DNA from: Chloroflexota bacterium | GTDB lineage: Bacteria > Chloroflexota > Dehalococcoidia > UBA2247 > RBG-13-53-26 | Direction of reading: 5' to 3' | Assembly: GCA_016875915.1 (NCBI GenBank) | Contig: VGOM01000003.1 | Coordinates: 66,716 to 130,715, forward strand | DNA length: 64,000 nt | Part shown: piece after piece, positions 1 to 9,639 of the stretch | How the letters are laid out: each line of letters starts with the position of its first letter | How positions within the stretch are numbered: the first letter of the stretch is position 1 | Translations under genes and position numbers: made by a program | Notes under the pieces: generated by a model | Seen by the model: the letters and a program-made list of their open reading frames with translations, nothing else | What the model was told of the DNA's origin: nothing | Database searches by the model: none

Positions 1-1403
1 TGCCCAGCATCGCCCAGGTGGCCCAAGTGGAGATGCTCACCTGCGGCGAAGTGGACGCCCCAGGCGTTAATCTCGCCATGCGGGAGGGCAGGACCGTCAA
101 GAGGGAGGCCCGGGCCTGTCCGCAGGGCACCACCGTCACGGTCCGCGATCTCTTCCGCAATGTCCCGGCCCGCCTGAAGTTCCTCAAGTCGGCCACCACG
201 GAGAACAACCAGATCAGCAACATGGTGAGTCAGTACTGCCTGGCCTTTCCGGAGGTGAGGTTCACCCTGAGCATCGATGGCCGGAACGTTCTGCGCACCC
301 CGGGAAGCGGCAGCTTGAGGGATGCCCTGGCGGAGGTCTATGGCCCTGAGGTGGCCCAGGCCATGCTAGAGATCAGGGCCAATGTCGGTGAGGCGGGCCT
401 GGCCCCGGCCGTCACTGGCTTCGTCAGTCCCCCCTCCGTCACCCGCGCTGCCCGGAACTGCCTCAGCTTCTTCGTGAACCGGCGGTGGGTGCAGAGCCGC
501 CTGCTCACCGGGGTGGTGGAGAAAGCCTACGAGGGCTGGCTGGCCGTGCGCAGGTACCCCATAGTGGCCCTCAACCTCTCCATGTCGCCGGCTCTTGTGG
601 ACGTCAACGTTCACCCCGCCAAGAGAGAGGTCAGGTTTGCCCAGGAGCCCGTGGTCTTCGGCACGGTCCACGGTGTCGTGCGGCGGGTCCTGATGGAGAA
701 GGCCCCCATACCGGAGATGAGCCCATCGGCCTTCGCCGCCCCCGTGGAAGTGGGCAGGGCGGGTGAGACACCGCTGGTCACCGCCGGACAGCGGCGGGTC
801 TTGCCCCTCATGCCCGAGCCCGCCCGACGTGAGATACCCGTCCTTCGTGTGTTGGGCCAGGCAGCTGGCACCTATGTCATTGCTGAGGGCCCTGACGGAC
901 TGTACCTCATCGACCAGCACGCTGCCCATGAGAGGGTGCTCTTCGACCGCGTACTGAGTCAGAGCCGGGAGAGGGCCGTGGAGGTCCAGTCGCTGCTGGA
1001 GCCGGTGGCCGTTGAACTCACGCCGAAACAGGAGACACTCCTGGCAGATCACCGGGAGATGATGGTCCAGTTCGGTTTCTCCATTGATCCCTTCGGCGAT
1101 AAGACCTGCCTGGTCCGCGCCGTCCCCTCCGTGCTGACCGGGAAGCGCATCACAAATGCTGTCAAGGAGACGCTGGACTCACTGGAGGGCGAGTCCGACG
1201 TGCTTGACGGCGAGGACAGGATGGCCCGTTCTCTGGCGTGCCATGGCGCAGTACGTGCCGGGCAGTCGCTCAGCCAGGAGGAGATGAGAGAGCTCGTTGG
1301 CCAGTTGGAGAGGACCACCTCCCCCCGCACCTGTCCCCACGGCCGGCCCACCATGGTTCACCTTAGCTCCATCCGGCTGAACCGGGAGTTCGGGCGCACT
1401 TGA
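1..1403 (+). CDS. mutL: DNA mismatch repair protein MutL, 5'-truncated by the window edge (N-terminal ~100 aa missing)
   Basis: ORF in frame to the window start. Motifs GTTVTVRDLFRNVPARLKFLKS and a C-terminal dimerisation region resemble MutL. Confidence 0.85.
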   Translation, partial: PSIAQVAQVEMLTCGEVDAPGVNLAMREGRTVKREARACPQGTTVTVRDLFRNVPARLKFLKSATTENNQISNMVSQYCLAFPEVRFTLSIDGRNVLRTPGSGSLRDALAEVYGPEVAQAMLEIRANVGEAGLAPAVTGFVSPPSVTRAARNCLSFFVNRRWVQSRLLTGVVEKAYEGWLAVRRYPIVALNLSMSPALVDVNVHPAKREVRFAQEPVVFGTVHGVVRRVLMEKAPIPEMSPSAFAAPVEVGRAGETPLVTAGQRRVLPLMPEPARREIPVLRVLGQAAGTYVIAEGPDGLYLIDQHAAHERVLFDRVLSQSRERAVEVQSLLEPVAVELTPKQETLLADHREMMVQFGFSIDPFGDKTCLVRAVPSVLTGKRITNAVKETLDSLEGESDVLDGEDRMARSLACHGAVRAGQSLSQEEMRELVGQLERTTSPRTCPHGRPTMVHLSSIRLNREFGRT

Positions 1404-1486
1404 CCGGGCTGACGATGCCATCGGGGACGTGTCCTACTATCCATTCCTGGAGAAAGCGTTGAGGCTGGTCTGAGGAGGAGTTGGAG

Positions 1487-2266
1487 ATGATTCTGGACAG
1501 GTTCGCGTTGACTGGAAGAGTGGCGATCATCACCGGGGCGGGCCGGGGCATAGGGAAGGGCATCGCCTTGGCCTTCGCTGAGGCTGGGGCCGACATGGTC
1601 CTGATTGACATAACGCCAGATGCGATCGAGAGGGCCGTGTCTGAGGTCGAAGGCCTGGGCCGCCGAGCCCTGGCCGTAGCCTGTGACGTCCGCGAGCCCG
1701 AGCAGATAGACCTGATGGTCAGCTCGGCTATGGGCAAGTTCGGCCGCATCGACGTTCTGGTCAACAACGCCGGCGGCACGCCGTTCAAACCAACCCTGAA
1801 GACCAGCCCCCGCACCTGGGAGGCAATCGTGCGGCAGAATCTGACCGCCACCTTCCTCTGCAGCAAGGCTGTCAGCATCGTCATGCTGGACCAGAAGAAC
1901 GGCTCTATCATCAACATCTCCAGCCGGGACTCTCAAATACCGAGCCTGGGCATGGCCGCCTACGGTGCGGCCAAGGCGGGAGTGAACTCGTTGACCAAGA
2001 CACTGGCCTGGGAGCTCGCCCCCTACGTGCGGGTTAATGCCATCCTGCCCGGGGCCATCTGGACGGAAGGCAGCGCCCCGGTGCTGGAGCCAGTCAGGGA
2101 TCGGGTGATCGCCAACACTCCGCTGAAGCGGATCGGCAGGCCGGAGGACATCGCCCTGGCCGCCATCTACCTCGCTTCCTCTGCCTCAGACTGGGTGACC
2201 GGGAAGCTGTTCGAAATCGACGGCGGCATCGAGTTCGTGCCCGCGGCCGCGGAGGAGATGGGCTAG
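1487..2266 (+). CDS. short-chain dehydrogenase/reductase (SDR, FabG-like)
   Basis: TGAGRGIGKGIA Rossmann motif and NNAG; catalytic Y-x3-K (YGAAK). RBS GAGGAGGAG sits 6 nt upstream of the ATG at 1487. Confidence 0.8.
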   Translation: MILDRFALTGRVAIITGAGRGIGKGIALAFAEAGADMVLIDITPDAIERAVSEVEGLGRRALAVACDVREPEQIDLMVSSAMGKFGRIDVLVNNAGGTPFKPTLKTSPRTWEAIVRQNLTATFLCSKAVSIVMLDQKNGSIINISSRDSQIPSLGMAAYGAAKAGVNSLTKTLAWELAPYVRVNAILPGAIWTEGSAPVLEPVRDRVIANTPLKRIGRPEDIALAAIYLASSASDWVTGKLFEIDGGIEFVPAAAEEMG

Positions 2267-2343
2267 GAGTCACCAGCCGTGCGCGCCCAGGAAGCGAGCA
2301 TCCCCGGACCGAACGAGCTTCCGGCGCTTGTCAGTGCAAGGGT

Positions 2344-3783
2344 CTACGGCTGCGAGGCCATCAAGTTCCGGTGATACCGGATGAACCTGTCGATGGCCTT
2401 GGCCGCGCTGGGGATGGAGTGGTAGACGGTCAGGCCCGCCTCGTAGAAGTCCTTGACGTACTTGGCCGCGAAGTGCCATCCCTCCCCTGTGGCCATGTAG
2501 TGCGCCACCACCGCCATGGGCATGGCTGACTCGCGGTGCAGCCTGATGATCGTCTCCGTCTCGCGGTCGATCAGGATGGGAGCCACGGCCAGCGACAGCA
2601 TGATTCCTCTGATGGGCAGATGGAAGACCAGCAGGTCGATCCCCTGGAACTGACCCAGCTTGGTTAGGGCGTGGCGGAACACCTCATGGCCGAAGCCCAG
2701 GTGGGGGATATCCACGGGGTTGCTCAGGATGGTTCCCGCGTCGTTGCCTAGGGCATCCCTGAAGGCCTGTCTGATGTCATCGGGCAGTTGGGGAAGGACG
2801 AAACCCGCCCTGTCCCAGTCGTCGGTGGCAAGGACCCCCGCCCCTCCCCCCACCCCGGCCATGGCCAGCCTCTTTCCTCCTAGAAGGGGCATGTACTGGA
2901 GGGTGACCAGCATGTCCGCCATCTCGTCCAGGTCGTTCACCCTGATGGCCCCGGCCTGATCCAGGGCCCTCATCCACAGGTCGTGTGAGCCCGCCAGAGA
3001 GGCGGTATGGGAAGCGGCCACCCTGGCCCCGGCACCCGTGGTGCCTCCCTTCAGGACGACCACCGGCTTGACCGCCGCCAGTTCCTGAAGGACGCGGTAG
3101 AAGCGCCGCCCGTCCTTCACTCCCTCGATGTAGGCGGCCACCACCTTGGTCTCCGCATCCTGGTGGAGATACTCCAGCAGGTCCGTTTCATCGATGTCGC
3201 AGGCATTTCCATAGGAGATCACCTTGTTGAACCGGATGCCCCTAGCCCCGGCCGCCCGCACCAGGTACATGGTGTTGCCGCCGCTCTGGCAGATGAAGGA
3301 CACCGGACCGGTCTCATGGGGCAGATCGGGGGCAAAGGAGAAGCCGGCCTTGGGGGAGTGTATGCCCAGGCAGTTGGGGCCGATGACCCGCACGCCGGTT
3401 GACTGAGCCAGACGCTGCACCCCCATCTCCAGTTGCCTGCCGGTCTCTGTTCCGAATTCGGCGAAGCCGGAGGTGAACAGGCAGACGGCCTTGGCCCCCT
3501 TGGCCGCCGAGTCCTTGATCAACTGGGCCACGAAGGGGGCTGGAATGCAGGAGATGACGTAGTCCACTGCCTCGGGGATGTCACTTAGGTGGGGGTAGAT
3601 CTTCAGCCCCAACACCTCGCCGCCCTTGGGGTTGACCAAGTGGATCTTGCCCTTGAATCCGTACTCGATGATGTGATTCAGGAACAGCCGCCCGGTGTTG
3701 AACCCCTCGTCGCCCGGGGCGACGCCGACGATGACCACGGACCGCAGGTTGAAGACGGCATCCAGAGCTTCGTTCTTGTTCAT
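2344..3783 (-). CDS. acyl-CoA synthetase (NDP/ADP-forming) alpha subunit-like, paralog 1
   Basis: CoA-binding N-terminus (NLRSVVIVGV), succinyl-CoA-synthetase-like flavodoxin domain, phosphohistidine motif HTASLAGS. Start ATG 3783 chosen by alignment to the paralogs. Confidence 0.75.
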   Translation of the reverse strand: MNKNEALDAVFNLRSVVIVGVAPGDEGFNTGRLFLNHIIEYGFKGKIHLVNPKGGEVLGLKIYPHLSDIPEAVDYVISCIPAPFVAQLIKDSAAKGAKAVCLFTSGFAEFGTETGRQLEMGVQRLAQSTGVRVIGPNCLGIHSPKAGFSFAPDLPHETGPVSFICQSGGNTMYLVRAAGARGIRFNKVISYGNACDIDETDLLEYLHQDAETKVVAAYIEGVKDGRRFYRVLQELAAVKPVVVLKGGTTGAGARVAASHTASLAGSHDLWMRALDQAGAIRVNDLDEMADMLVTLQYMPLLGGKRLAMAGVGGGAGVLATDDWDRAGFVLPQLPDDIRQAFRDALGNDAGTILSNPVDIPHLGFGHEVFRHALTKLGQFQGIDLLVFHLPIRGIMLSLAVAPILIDRETETIIRLHRESAMPMAVVAHYMATGEGWHFAAKYVKDFYEAGLTVYHSIPSAAKAIDRFIRYHRNLMASQP

Positions 3784-3844
3784 TCCTTGAATCCCCGCCC
3801 GCGGGCACTGGCTATCCGCCGCGGACGCTGCTCCTGGCGAAGCC

Positions 3845-5278
3845 TCAGCCGGTCTTGCCCGCTCTCTGTCTCGCCTCGTGGTAGCGCAGGAAGCGGTCGA
3901 TGGCCTTGGCCGCGCTGGCCATGGAGTGGAAGACGGGCATGCCCGCTTCACTGCAGCCCCGCTGCAGGTCCAGGGCCTTCTGCCAATCCCAGTTGGTGAT
4001 CAGGAACTGCAGGACCAGGGCCAGCGGCTTGTCCGTCTCCCTGTGGATCCTGGTCACGAAGTCCCGGAACTGGTTGATCTCGATCTCGAAGGCGGACGAG
4101 GAGAACCAGGCCGCCTGTCCGAAACCGGCGTGGATCAGTCCCAGGTCGAAGCTGTCGCCGCTGCTGTAGCTCAGCAGCCTCTTCACCACGTCATAGAAGC
4201 TCTGGCTGTAGCCCACCATGGACAGGTCGATGGGATTCTTGAAGATCATTCCGGCGGTATTGCCGAACAGCTCCATCAGCTCCTTGATCAGCTCCGGCGG
4301 CAGCCTGGGCAACGTGAAGCCGGCCATGGTCAGCTCGTCGGTGGCCAAGACGCTGGCTCCTCCGCCGCCTCCGAAGACGCCCACCTTCCGTCCCCTGGGC
4401 AGGGGGAGCAGGGCGAAGGTGACCAGCAGATCGACCATCTCCTCCAGATTGCCCACGCTGATGGCTCCCGACTGCTGGATGAGGCTGTCCCACACCTCGG
4501 CGGAGCCAGCCAGGGAACCGGTGTGCGATGCGGCGATCTCTCCCCCGGCTCTGGTGTAGCCTCCCTTGAGGACCAGGACGGGCTTGACCGCTGAAAGCCT
4601 GGACAGCACCCGGTGGAACCGCTCACCGTCCTTGATCCCCTCGATGTAGGCCGCCACGATCTCCGTCTCGGGATCGTGGGCAAGATACTCCAGGAGGTGG
4701 CTCTCGTTGATGTCGCAGGCGTTCCCGTACGAGACCGCCTTGCTGAACCTGACCCCTCGCTGACTGGCTGCCCGGATGAGGTAGGAGGTGTTGCCGCCGC
4801 TCTGGCCGATCAGGGCCACCTTGCCCACCCGTCGGGAGAAGTCCGAGGCGAACGACAGCCCCACCTTGGGCGAGTAGACGCCCAGACAGTTGGGCCCTAC
4901 GATCCTGATCCTCGAAGCCTGGGCGATGCGGACGATCTCCCGTTCCAGATCCCTGCCCTCCTGGGTCCCCGTCTCCGAGAACCCTGAGGTGTAGATGGAG
5001 ATGGTCTTCACTCCCTTGGCGGCGCAGTCCCTGACCAACTGGGGGACGTGGGGGGCCGGGATGCAGCATATGGTGTAGTCCACGGGTCCCGGGATGTCCT
5101 TGACGTTGGTGTAGGCCAGCAGCCCCGAGACCTCCCCGCCCTTGGAGTTGATGGCGTAGATGGGCCCCTTGAAGCCGGAGGTGCGGATGCTGTCCAGAAA
5201 CCACTGCCCCGACTTCCCCGGAGAAGCGCCGGCGATGGCGATGGACGTTGGGTAGAAGATGGGGTCAAGCGATCCCAT
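3845..5278 (-). CDS. acyl-CoA synthetase (NDP/ADP-forming) alpha subunit-like, paralog 2
   Basis: IAIAGASPGK, HTGSLAGS and ligase-CoA domain; 477 aa. Confidence 0.8.
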   Translation of the reverse strand: MGSLDPIFYPTSIAIAGASPGKSGQWFLDSIRTSGFKGPIYAINSKGGEVSGLLAYTNVKDIPGPVDYTICCIPAPHVPQLVRDCAAKGVKTISIYTSGFSETGTQEGRDLEREIVRIAQASRIRIVGPNCLGVYSPKVGLSFASDFSRRVGKVALIGQSGGNTSYLIRAASQRGVRFSKAVSYGNACDINESHLLEYLAHDPETEIVAAYIEGIKDGERFHRVLSRLSAVKPVLVLKGGYTRAGGEIAASHTGSLAGSAEVWDSLIQQSGAISVGNLEEMVDLLVTFALLPLPRGRKVGVFGGGGGASVLATDELTMAGFTLPRLPPELIKELMELFGNTAGMIFKNPIDLSMVGYSQSFYDVVKRLLSYSSGDSFDLGLIHAGFGQAAWFSSSAFEIEINQFRDFVTRIHRETDKPLALVLQFLITNWDWQKALDLQRGCSEAGMPVFHSMASAAKAIDRFLRYHEARQRAGKTG

Positions 5279-5351
5279 ATCGGCCTCCTCGACAACAGGC
5301 GGTTGAGACTGGAGCAGAGCCGGAGGACGGGCTCACCGGGGGCGGTCCTGG

Positions 5352-6794
5352 CTAGTCAAAGCCCCGTGCCCGCCGTCTCTCATGGTACCGGATGACGTGA
5401 TCGATGGCTCTGGCCGCACTCGTCATTGAGTAGTATACAGGTATCCCCGCTGCGGCGCAGCCCTGTTGCAGGTCTTCGATACTCTTCTGCCAGTCCCAGC
5501 CGGTGATGAGGTACTGCATCACCAGCGCCAGGGGCTTGCCCGCCTCGCTGCGAATCCTGGTCACAGCGTCCTTGAAGGAGTTGATCTCAGCGTCGAAGAC
5601 GGAAGTGGAGAACCAGGCGGCCTGCCCGAAACCGATGTGGATTACCGACAGGTCCACGAAGCCCTCATAGATGAGCAGTCGCCTGATCAACTCATAGAAC
5701 CGATCGCTGTAGGCGAAGGACGAGAGGTCAAGGGGATTGTTCAGGATCAGGCCTGCCTCGGTAGGCACGGACCTCCTGATCTCCTCCCCGATAGCCTCTG
5801 GGAGCGGCGGCAGCACAAATCCATGCCTGGACCAGTCATCGGTGCCCAGCACTGTTGCCCCGCCCCCCCCGCCGAAGATGCCCACCCTTCTCCCCTGTGG
5901 CACCGGAAGGAGAGAGAGGGTGACTAGGACATCAACCAGTTCCTCCAGGCTGTAGACGCGGATGGCCCCGGCCTGTTGCAGCAGCCGGTCCCAGACCTGG
6001 TCCGAGCCGGCTAGGGAGCCGGTATGCGAGGCCGCTGCCTTGGCACCGGCGCCGGTATGTCCTCCCTTGAGGACGACCACGGGCTTGCGGCAGGCCAGCT
6101 CCGTCAGCACCTGAAAGAACCGCTGTCCGTCTCTCACCCCCTCGATGTAGATGGCCACTGTCCGGGTCTCCGCGTCCCCGGCGAGGTACTCCAGCAGGTC
6201 GCTCTCCCCGACGTCGCAGGCATTCCCGTAGGAGACCACCTTGCTGAACCGGATGCCCCTGTAGGTAGCCGCTCTGGTGGTGTAGACGGAGTTGCCGCCG
6301 CTCTGGCAGATGAAGGCCACATCGCCGCTCTCCATGGGGAAGTCCGAGGTATATGTGAATCCCACTCTGGGGGAGTAGACCCCCAGGCAGTTCGGGCCCA
6401 CCACCCGAACCCCGGTCTCCCTGGCCGCGCGCGACACTTCATCCTCCAGCCGCCTGCCCTCTTCGGTGCCGCTTTCGGAGAAGCCGGCGGTGAACACGGA
6501 GACCGCCTTGGTCCCTTTGGCGGCGCATTCCCTGATCAACTGGGGCACCGCCGGTGCCGGGATGCAGCAGACGACGTAGTCTACATGGCCGGGCACCTCG
6601 CCCAGGCTGCGGTAGGCCTTCAGGCCGGAGATGCTCTCCCCCTTGGAGTTGATGGCGTAGATCTGCCCTTTGTAGCCGGAGGCCAGGAGGCTGTCAAGGA
6701 AGAGCTGCCCCGGCTTCCCTGGGGAGGCCCCTGCGATGGCCACCGATCTGGGGTTGAACAGTGAATCCAAGGAGTCGTTCCCCTTGGTCATCAA
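5352..6794 (-). CDS. acyl-CoA synthetase (NDP/ADP-forming) alpha subunit-like, paralog 3
   Basis: NPRSVAIAGASPGK, HTGSLAGS; 480 aa. Confidence 0.8.
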   Translation of the reverse strand: MMTKGNDSLDSLFNPRSVAIAGASPGKPGQLFLDSLLASGYKGQIYAINSKGESISGLKAYRSLGEVPGHVDYVVCCIPAPAVPQLIRECAAKGTKAVSVFTAGFSESGTEEGRRLEDEVSRAARETGVRVVGPNCLGVYSPRVGFTYTSDFPMESGDVAFICQSGGNSVYTTRAATYRGIRFSKVVSYGNACDVGESDLLEYLAGDAETRTVAIYIEGVRDGQRFFQVLTELACRKPVVVLKGGHTGAGAKAAASHTGSLAGSDQVWDRLLQQAGAIRVYSLEELVDVLVTLSLLPVPQGRRVGIFGGGGGATVLGTDDWSRHGFVLPPLPEAIGEEIRRSVPTEAGLILNNPLDLSSFAYSDRFYELIRRLLIYEGFVDLSVIHIGFGQAAWFSTSVFDAEINSFKDAVTRIRSEAGKPLALVMQYLITGWDWQKSIEDLQQGCAAAGIPVYYSMTSAARAIDHVIRYHERRRARGFD

Positions 6795-6806
6795 GTCGTT
6801 TTCCTT

Positions 6807-8687
6807 CTAGCTGTGCAGCGGTATGGCGTCGGGCGGTGACACCCGTATCACCGCATCGTACTCTGGCGGGCAGACCATCTGGCAGTTGCCGCACTTGACG
6901 CACTTGGTCTGATCGATGATCTTGATCCGCTTCTCGTCGCTTCTGATGGCTTCCGCAGGGCAGGTGAGCACGCAGTGCTCGCAGCCCCTGTCGCACTTGT
7001 CGGGGAGGATGTAGTAGGCGATCAGCTCCTTGCACACCAGCGCCGGGCAGCGCTTCTCAAGGATGTGGGCCTCGTACTCATCGCGGAAGTAGCGGACGGT
7101 GGTCAGAACCGGATTGGGCGCCGACCGCCCCAGGCCGCACAGTGAGCCCTCCCGGATGTCCCGGGCCAGTTCGATGAGCAGGTCCATGTCCTCCATCCTG
7201 CCCTTGCCGGCCGCGAAGTCGGCCAGGATGTCCAGCATCTGTTTCGTTCCCAGGCGGCACATAGTGCATTTGCCGCAGGATTCCTTCTGGATGAAGTCCA
7301 GGAAGTACCGGGCGGCATCCACCATGCAGTTGTCCTCGTCCAGGACGATCATGCCCCCGGAGCCCATCAGGGAGCCGGCCTTGGTCAATGAGTCGAAGTC
7401 AACGGGTGTGTCCAGCAGGCTCTCCGGCAGACATCCCCCGGAAGGGCCGCCTATCTGCACCCCCTTGATCCTCTTGTTCCTCGGCACGCCGCCCCCCACC
7501 CCGAAGATGAGGTTGCGCAGGCTGGTGCCCATGGGCACTTCGACCAGGCCGGTATGGGCGATCTTGCCCGCCAGAGCGAAGACGGCCGTTCCCTTGCTGC
7601 CCTCCGTACCGATGCCGGCATACCATTCCGCCCCCCGGTCGAGGATCATGGGTATGCTGGCGAAGGTCTTCACGTTGTTGAGCAGGGTAGGTTTGCCCCA
7701 CAGGCCTGATTCCACCGAGTGGGGCGGCCTCACCCTGGGCATGCCCCGCTTGCCTTCTATGGAGTACATCAGGGCGCTGGCCTCACCGCAGACGAAGGCC
7801 CCGGCCCCCTCGGCAACCTCTATGTGAAAGCTGAAGCCGCTGCCCAAGATGTCCTTCCCCAGGAATCCCGCCGCCTCCGCCTGTTTCAGGGCCAGACTGA
7901 AGCGCCTCACGGCCAAGGGGTACTCATCCCGGACGTAGATGTAGCCCTGTGGCGCGCCCATGGCGTAGCCGGCGACGATCATCCCTTCGATGACTGAATG
8001 AGGATCGCTCTCCAGCAGTGCCCGGTCCATGAAGGCGCCGGGATCGCCTTCGTCGGCATTGCAGATGACGTACTTCGGCCGCCCCGGGGCGTTGTGGCAC
8101 ATCTCCCACTTGACCCCGGCGGGGAAGCCGGCCCCCCCTCGTCCCCTCAGCCCGGACCGTTTGATCTCGGAGATGATCTCTGCTGGTGCCATGCCCAGGG
8201 CACTGACCAGGCTGCCGTATCCGCCGCGGCTGACGTAGTGATCGATGCTCTCGGGGTTGATGTTACCGCAGTGGCGCAGGATGTGCCGCAGCTCGTGTTC
8301 AAACCGGGGCAGCTCGGGAATGGACGGGGCCATGCCCTCGGCCACTTCGAAGGTGCCCAGGGCCAACTCCAGGCAGGGGTCGTCGCCGGCTACGTAGCCC
8401 TCCACCAGACGGCGGACTCTGTCCGTGGTGGTGTTGCCATAGCACACGCTGAAGCTGTCTGGCTTGACGATGACCACCAGGGGCTCGGCGTAGCACAGGC
8501 CCATGCACCCCACCGGGACCACGGGAGCGTCAATGCCCTGCCTCCGTATCTCGGCCTCAAAGGTCCTGGCCACGTCCAGAGCGCCGGCCGCCCGGCCGCA
8601 GGTGGCCGTGCCGATGAGGACGTGGGTTTTGCGCTGCAGTGCCTCCCACTCTGAGATGGCCCGGTGCTTGATATGATCGAAGGTCAT
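6807..8687 (-). CDS. NuoF-like NAD(P)H-binding flavoprotein subunit. It carries an N-terminal thioredoxin-like [2Fe-2S] domain and C-terminal 2x[4Fe-4S], like HydB/HndC/FdhB.
   Basis: GRGGAGFPAGVKW FMN/NADH site; CGKCTMCR; C-terminal CxxCxxCxxxCP x2. Confidence 0.85.
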   Translation of the reverse strand: MTFDHIKHRAISEWEALQRKTHVLIGTATCGRAAGALDVARTFEAEIRRQGIDAPVVPVGCMGLCYAEPLVVIVKPDSFSVCYGNTTTDRVRRLVEGYVAGDDPCLELALGTFEVAEGMAPSIPELPRFEHELRHILRHCGNINPESIDHYVSRGGYGSLVSALGMAPAEIISEIKRSGLRGRGGAGFPAGVKWEMCHNAPGRPKYVICNADEGDPGAFMDRALLESDPHSVIEGMIVAGYAMGAPQGYIYVRDEYPLAVRRFSLALKQAEAAGFLGKDILGSGFSFHIEVAEGAGAFVCGEASALMYSIEGKRGMPRVRPPHSVESGLWGKPTLLNNVKTFASIPMILDRGAEWYAGIGTEGSKGTAVFALAGKIAHTGLVEVPMGTSLRNLIFGVGGGVPRNKRIKGVQIGGPSGGCLPESLLDTPVDFDSLTKAGSLMGSGGMIVLDEDNCMVDAARYFLDFIQKESCGKCTMCRLGTKQMLDILADFAAGKGRMEDMDLLIELARDIREGSLCGLGRSAPNPVLTTVRYFRDEYEAHILEKRCPALVCKELIAYYILPDKCDRGCEHCVLTCPAEAIRSDEKRIKIIDQTKCVKCGNCQMVCPPEYDAVIRVSPPDAIPLHS

Positions 8688-8700
8688 CTGCGGGGTGAGA

Positions 8701-9207
8701 CTACTTGCTCTGGGATGGTCTGCCGGCCTCGGTCTCCTTGAGTCCGGCCAGGACCTCTTCCACCTTGAAGGGTGTCATCCTGGGGTGTATCTCTTCGCCG
8801 ACCACCACCACCGGGGCTAGGAAGCAGCAGCCGATGCAGGCCACCCTGTCCAGGCTGAACTCCCCGTCGTGGGTGATATCCCCCACCTTGGCCCCCAACT
8901 CCCTCTCCAGGGCGTCCAAGACCAGGGCTCCTCCGGCCATGTGACAGGCTGTGCCCATGCAGGCCTTCACCGGGTGTTTGCCTAGCGGCGTGAAGCGGAA
9001 GCGATTGTAGAACGTGGCCGTGCCGTAAACTGAGGCGGCCGGGACCCGGGTGAAGTTGGCCGCCTCCAGCATAGCCTCCCGAGGCAGGTAGCCGAACTCA
9101 TCTTCAGCCTCCTGCAGGATCCGTATCAGCTCCACCCTCTCCGGTTTGTGGCGGCTGAGTATGTGCCTCAGCTGCGCGGTGATCTTCCTGGAATCGGCGT
9201 GCTTCAT
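8701..9207 (-). CDS. NuoE-like [2Fe-2S] thioredoxin-like subunit
   Basis: CMGTACHMAG...CIGCCFLAPV cysteine pattern. Start chosen at MKHADS; this ATG overlaps the upstream stop as ATGA. Confidence 0.7.
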   Translation of the reverse strand: MKHADSRKITAQLRHILSRHKPERVELIRILQEAEDEFGYLPREAMLEAANFTRVPAASVYGTATFYNRFRFTPLGKHPVKACMGTACHMAGGALVLDALERELGAKVGDITHDGEFSLDRVACIGCCFLAPVVVVGEEIHPRMTPFKVEEVLAGLKETEAGRPSQSK

Positions 9208-9611
9208 ACCCGGCTGCAGATCTCCGGCGGATTCTCCACCGTCTCCTTCACATATCGTACCATATGGTTCAGGCACGCCACGGTGAGCTCGACGAGGTCT
9301 TCGCCGCGGATCTTCTTGATGTTGCCGCCCGAGTAGAGGACCCTGACGCTGCTGGGGAACTCCTCGTCGGCGCGGGTGTACAGGAAATGGATTCGGATGC
9401 CCGGGAAGAACTCCTTCCTCATGCCCCAGTGCTCACCCAGGCCCAGCGACTCCACCTCGGCCCCGACGAACCCGGCCAGCCCGGAGACGTCGTCCACCCG
9501 GTCCAGAGCCTCCTTCCGCAGATCCGCCTCTCTCTTGATGAAGGCATCATGGGGGGTGAGCGGCCCGTCGATCTCCTTGATGCTGACCAGCCTCTTGTCC
9601 TTCAGCCCCAT
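9204..9611 (-). CDS. hypothetical protein (~135 aa) embedded between cooC and nuoE-like
   Basis: ORF with GAGGTG RBS. Composition is protein-like; no family recognised. Confidence 0.45.
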   Translation of the reverse strand: MGLKDKRLVSIKEIDGPLTPHDAFIKREADLRKEALDRVDDVSGLAGFVGAEVESLGLGEHWGMRKEFFPGIRIHFLYTRADEEFPSSVRVLYSGGNIKKIRGEDLVELTVACLNHMVRYVKETVENPPEICSRV

Positions 9612-9639
9612 TCCTCCACCTCGGCCGCCCGGTCTGCGG

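Noticed and set aside
8701-9276. Longer NuoE-like ORF starting at GTG 9276, and longer ORFs for ACD paralog 1 (to 3951), the OCD gene (from 34825), HppA (to 40374), ACR3 (to 57925) and the MtrA-like gene (to 58826)
   Set aside because: The N-terminal extensions are non-homologous to family members, are Arg/Pro-rich or overlie repeats or neighbouring genes. Internal ATG/GTG starts with RBS and family-consistent N-termini were preferred.
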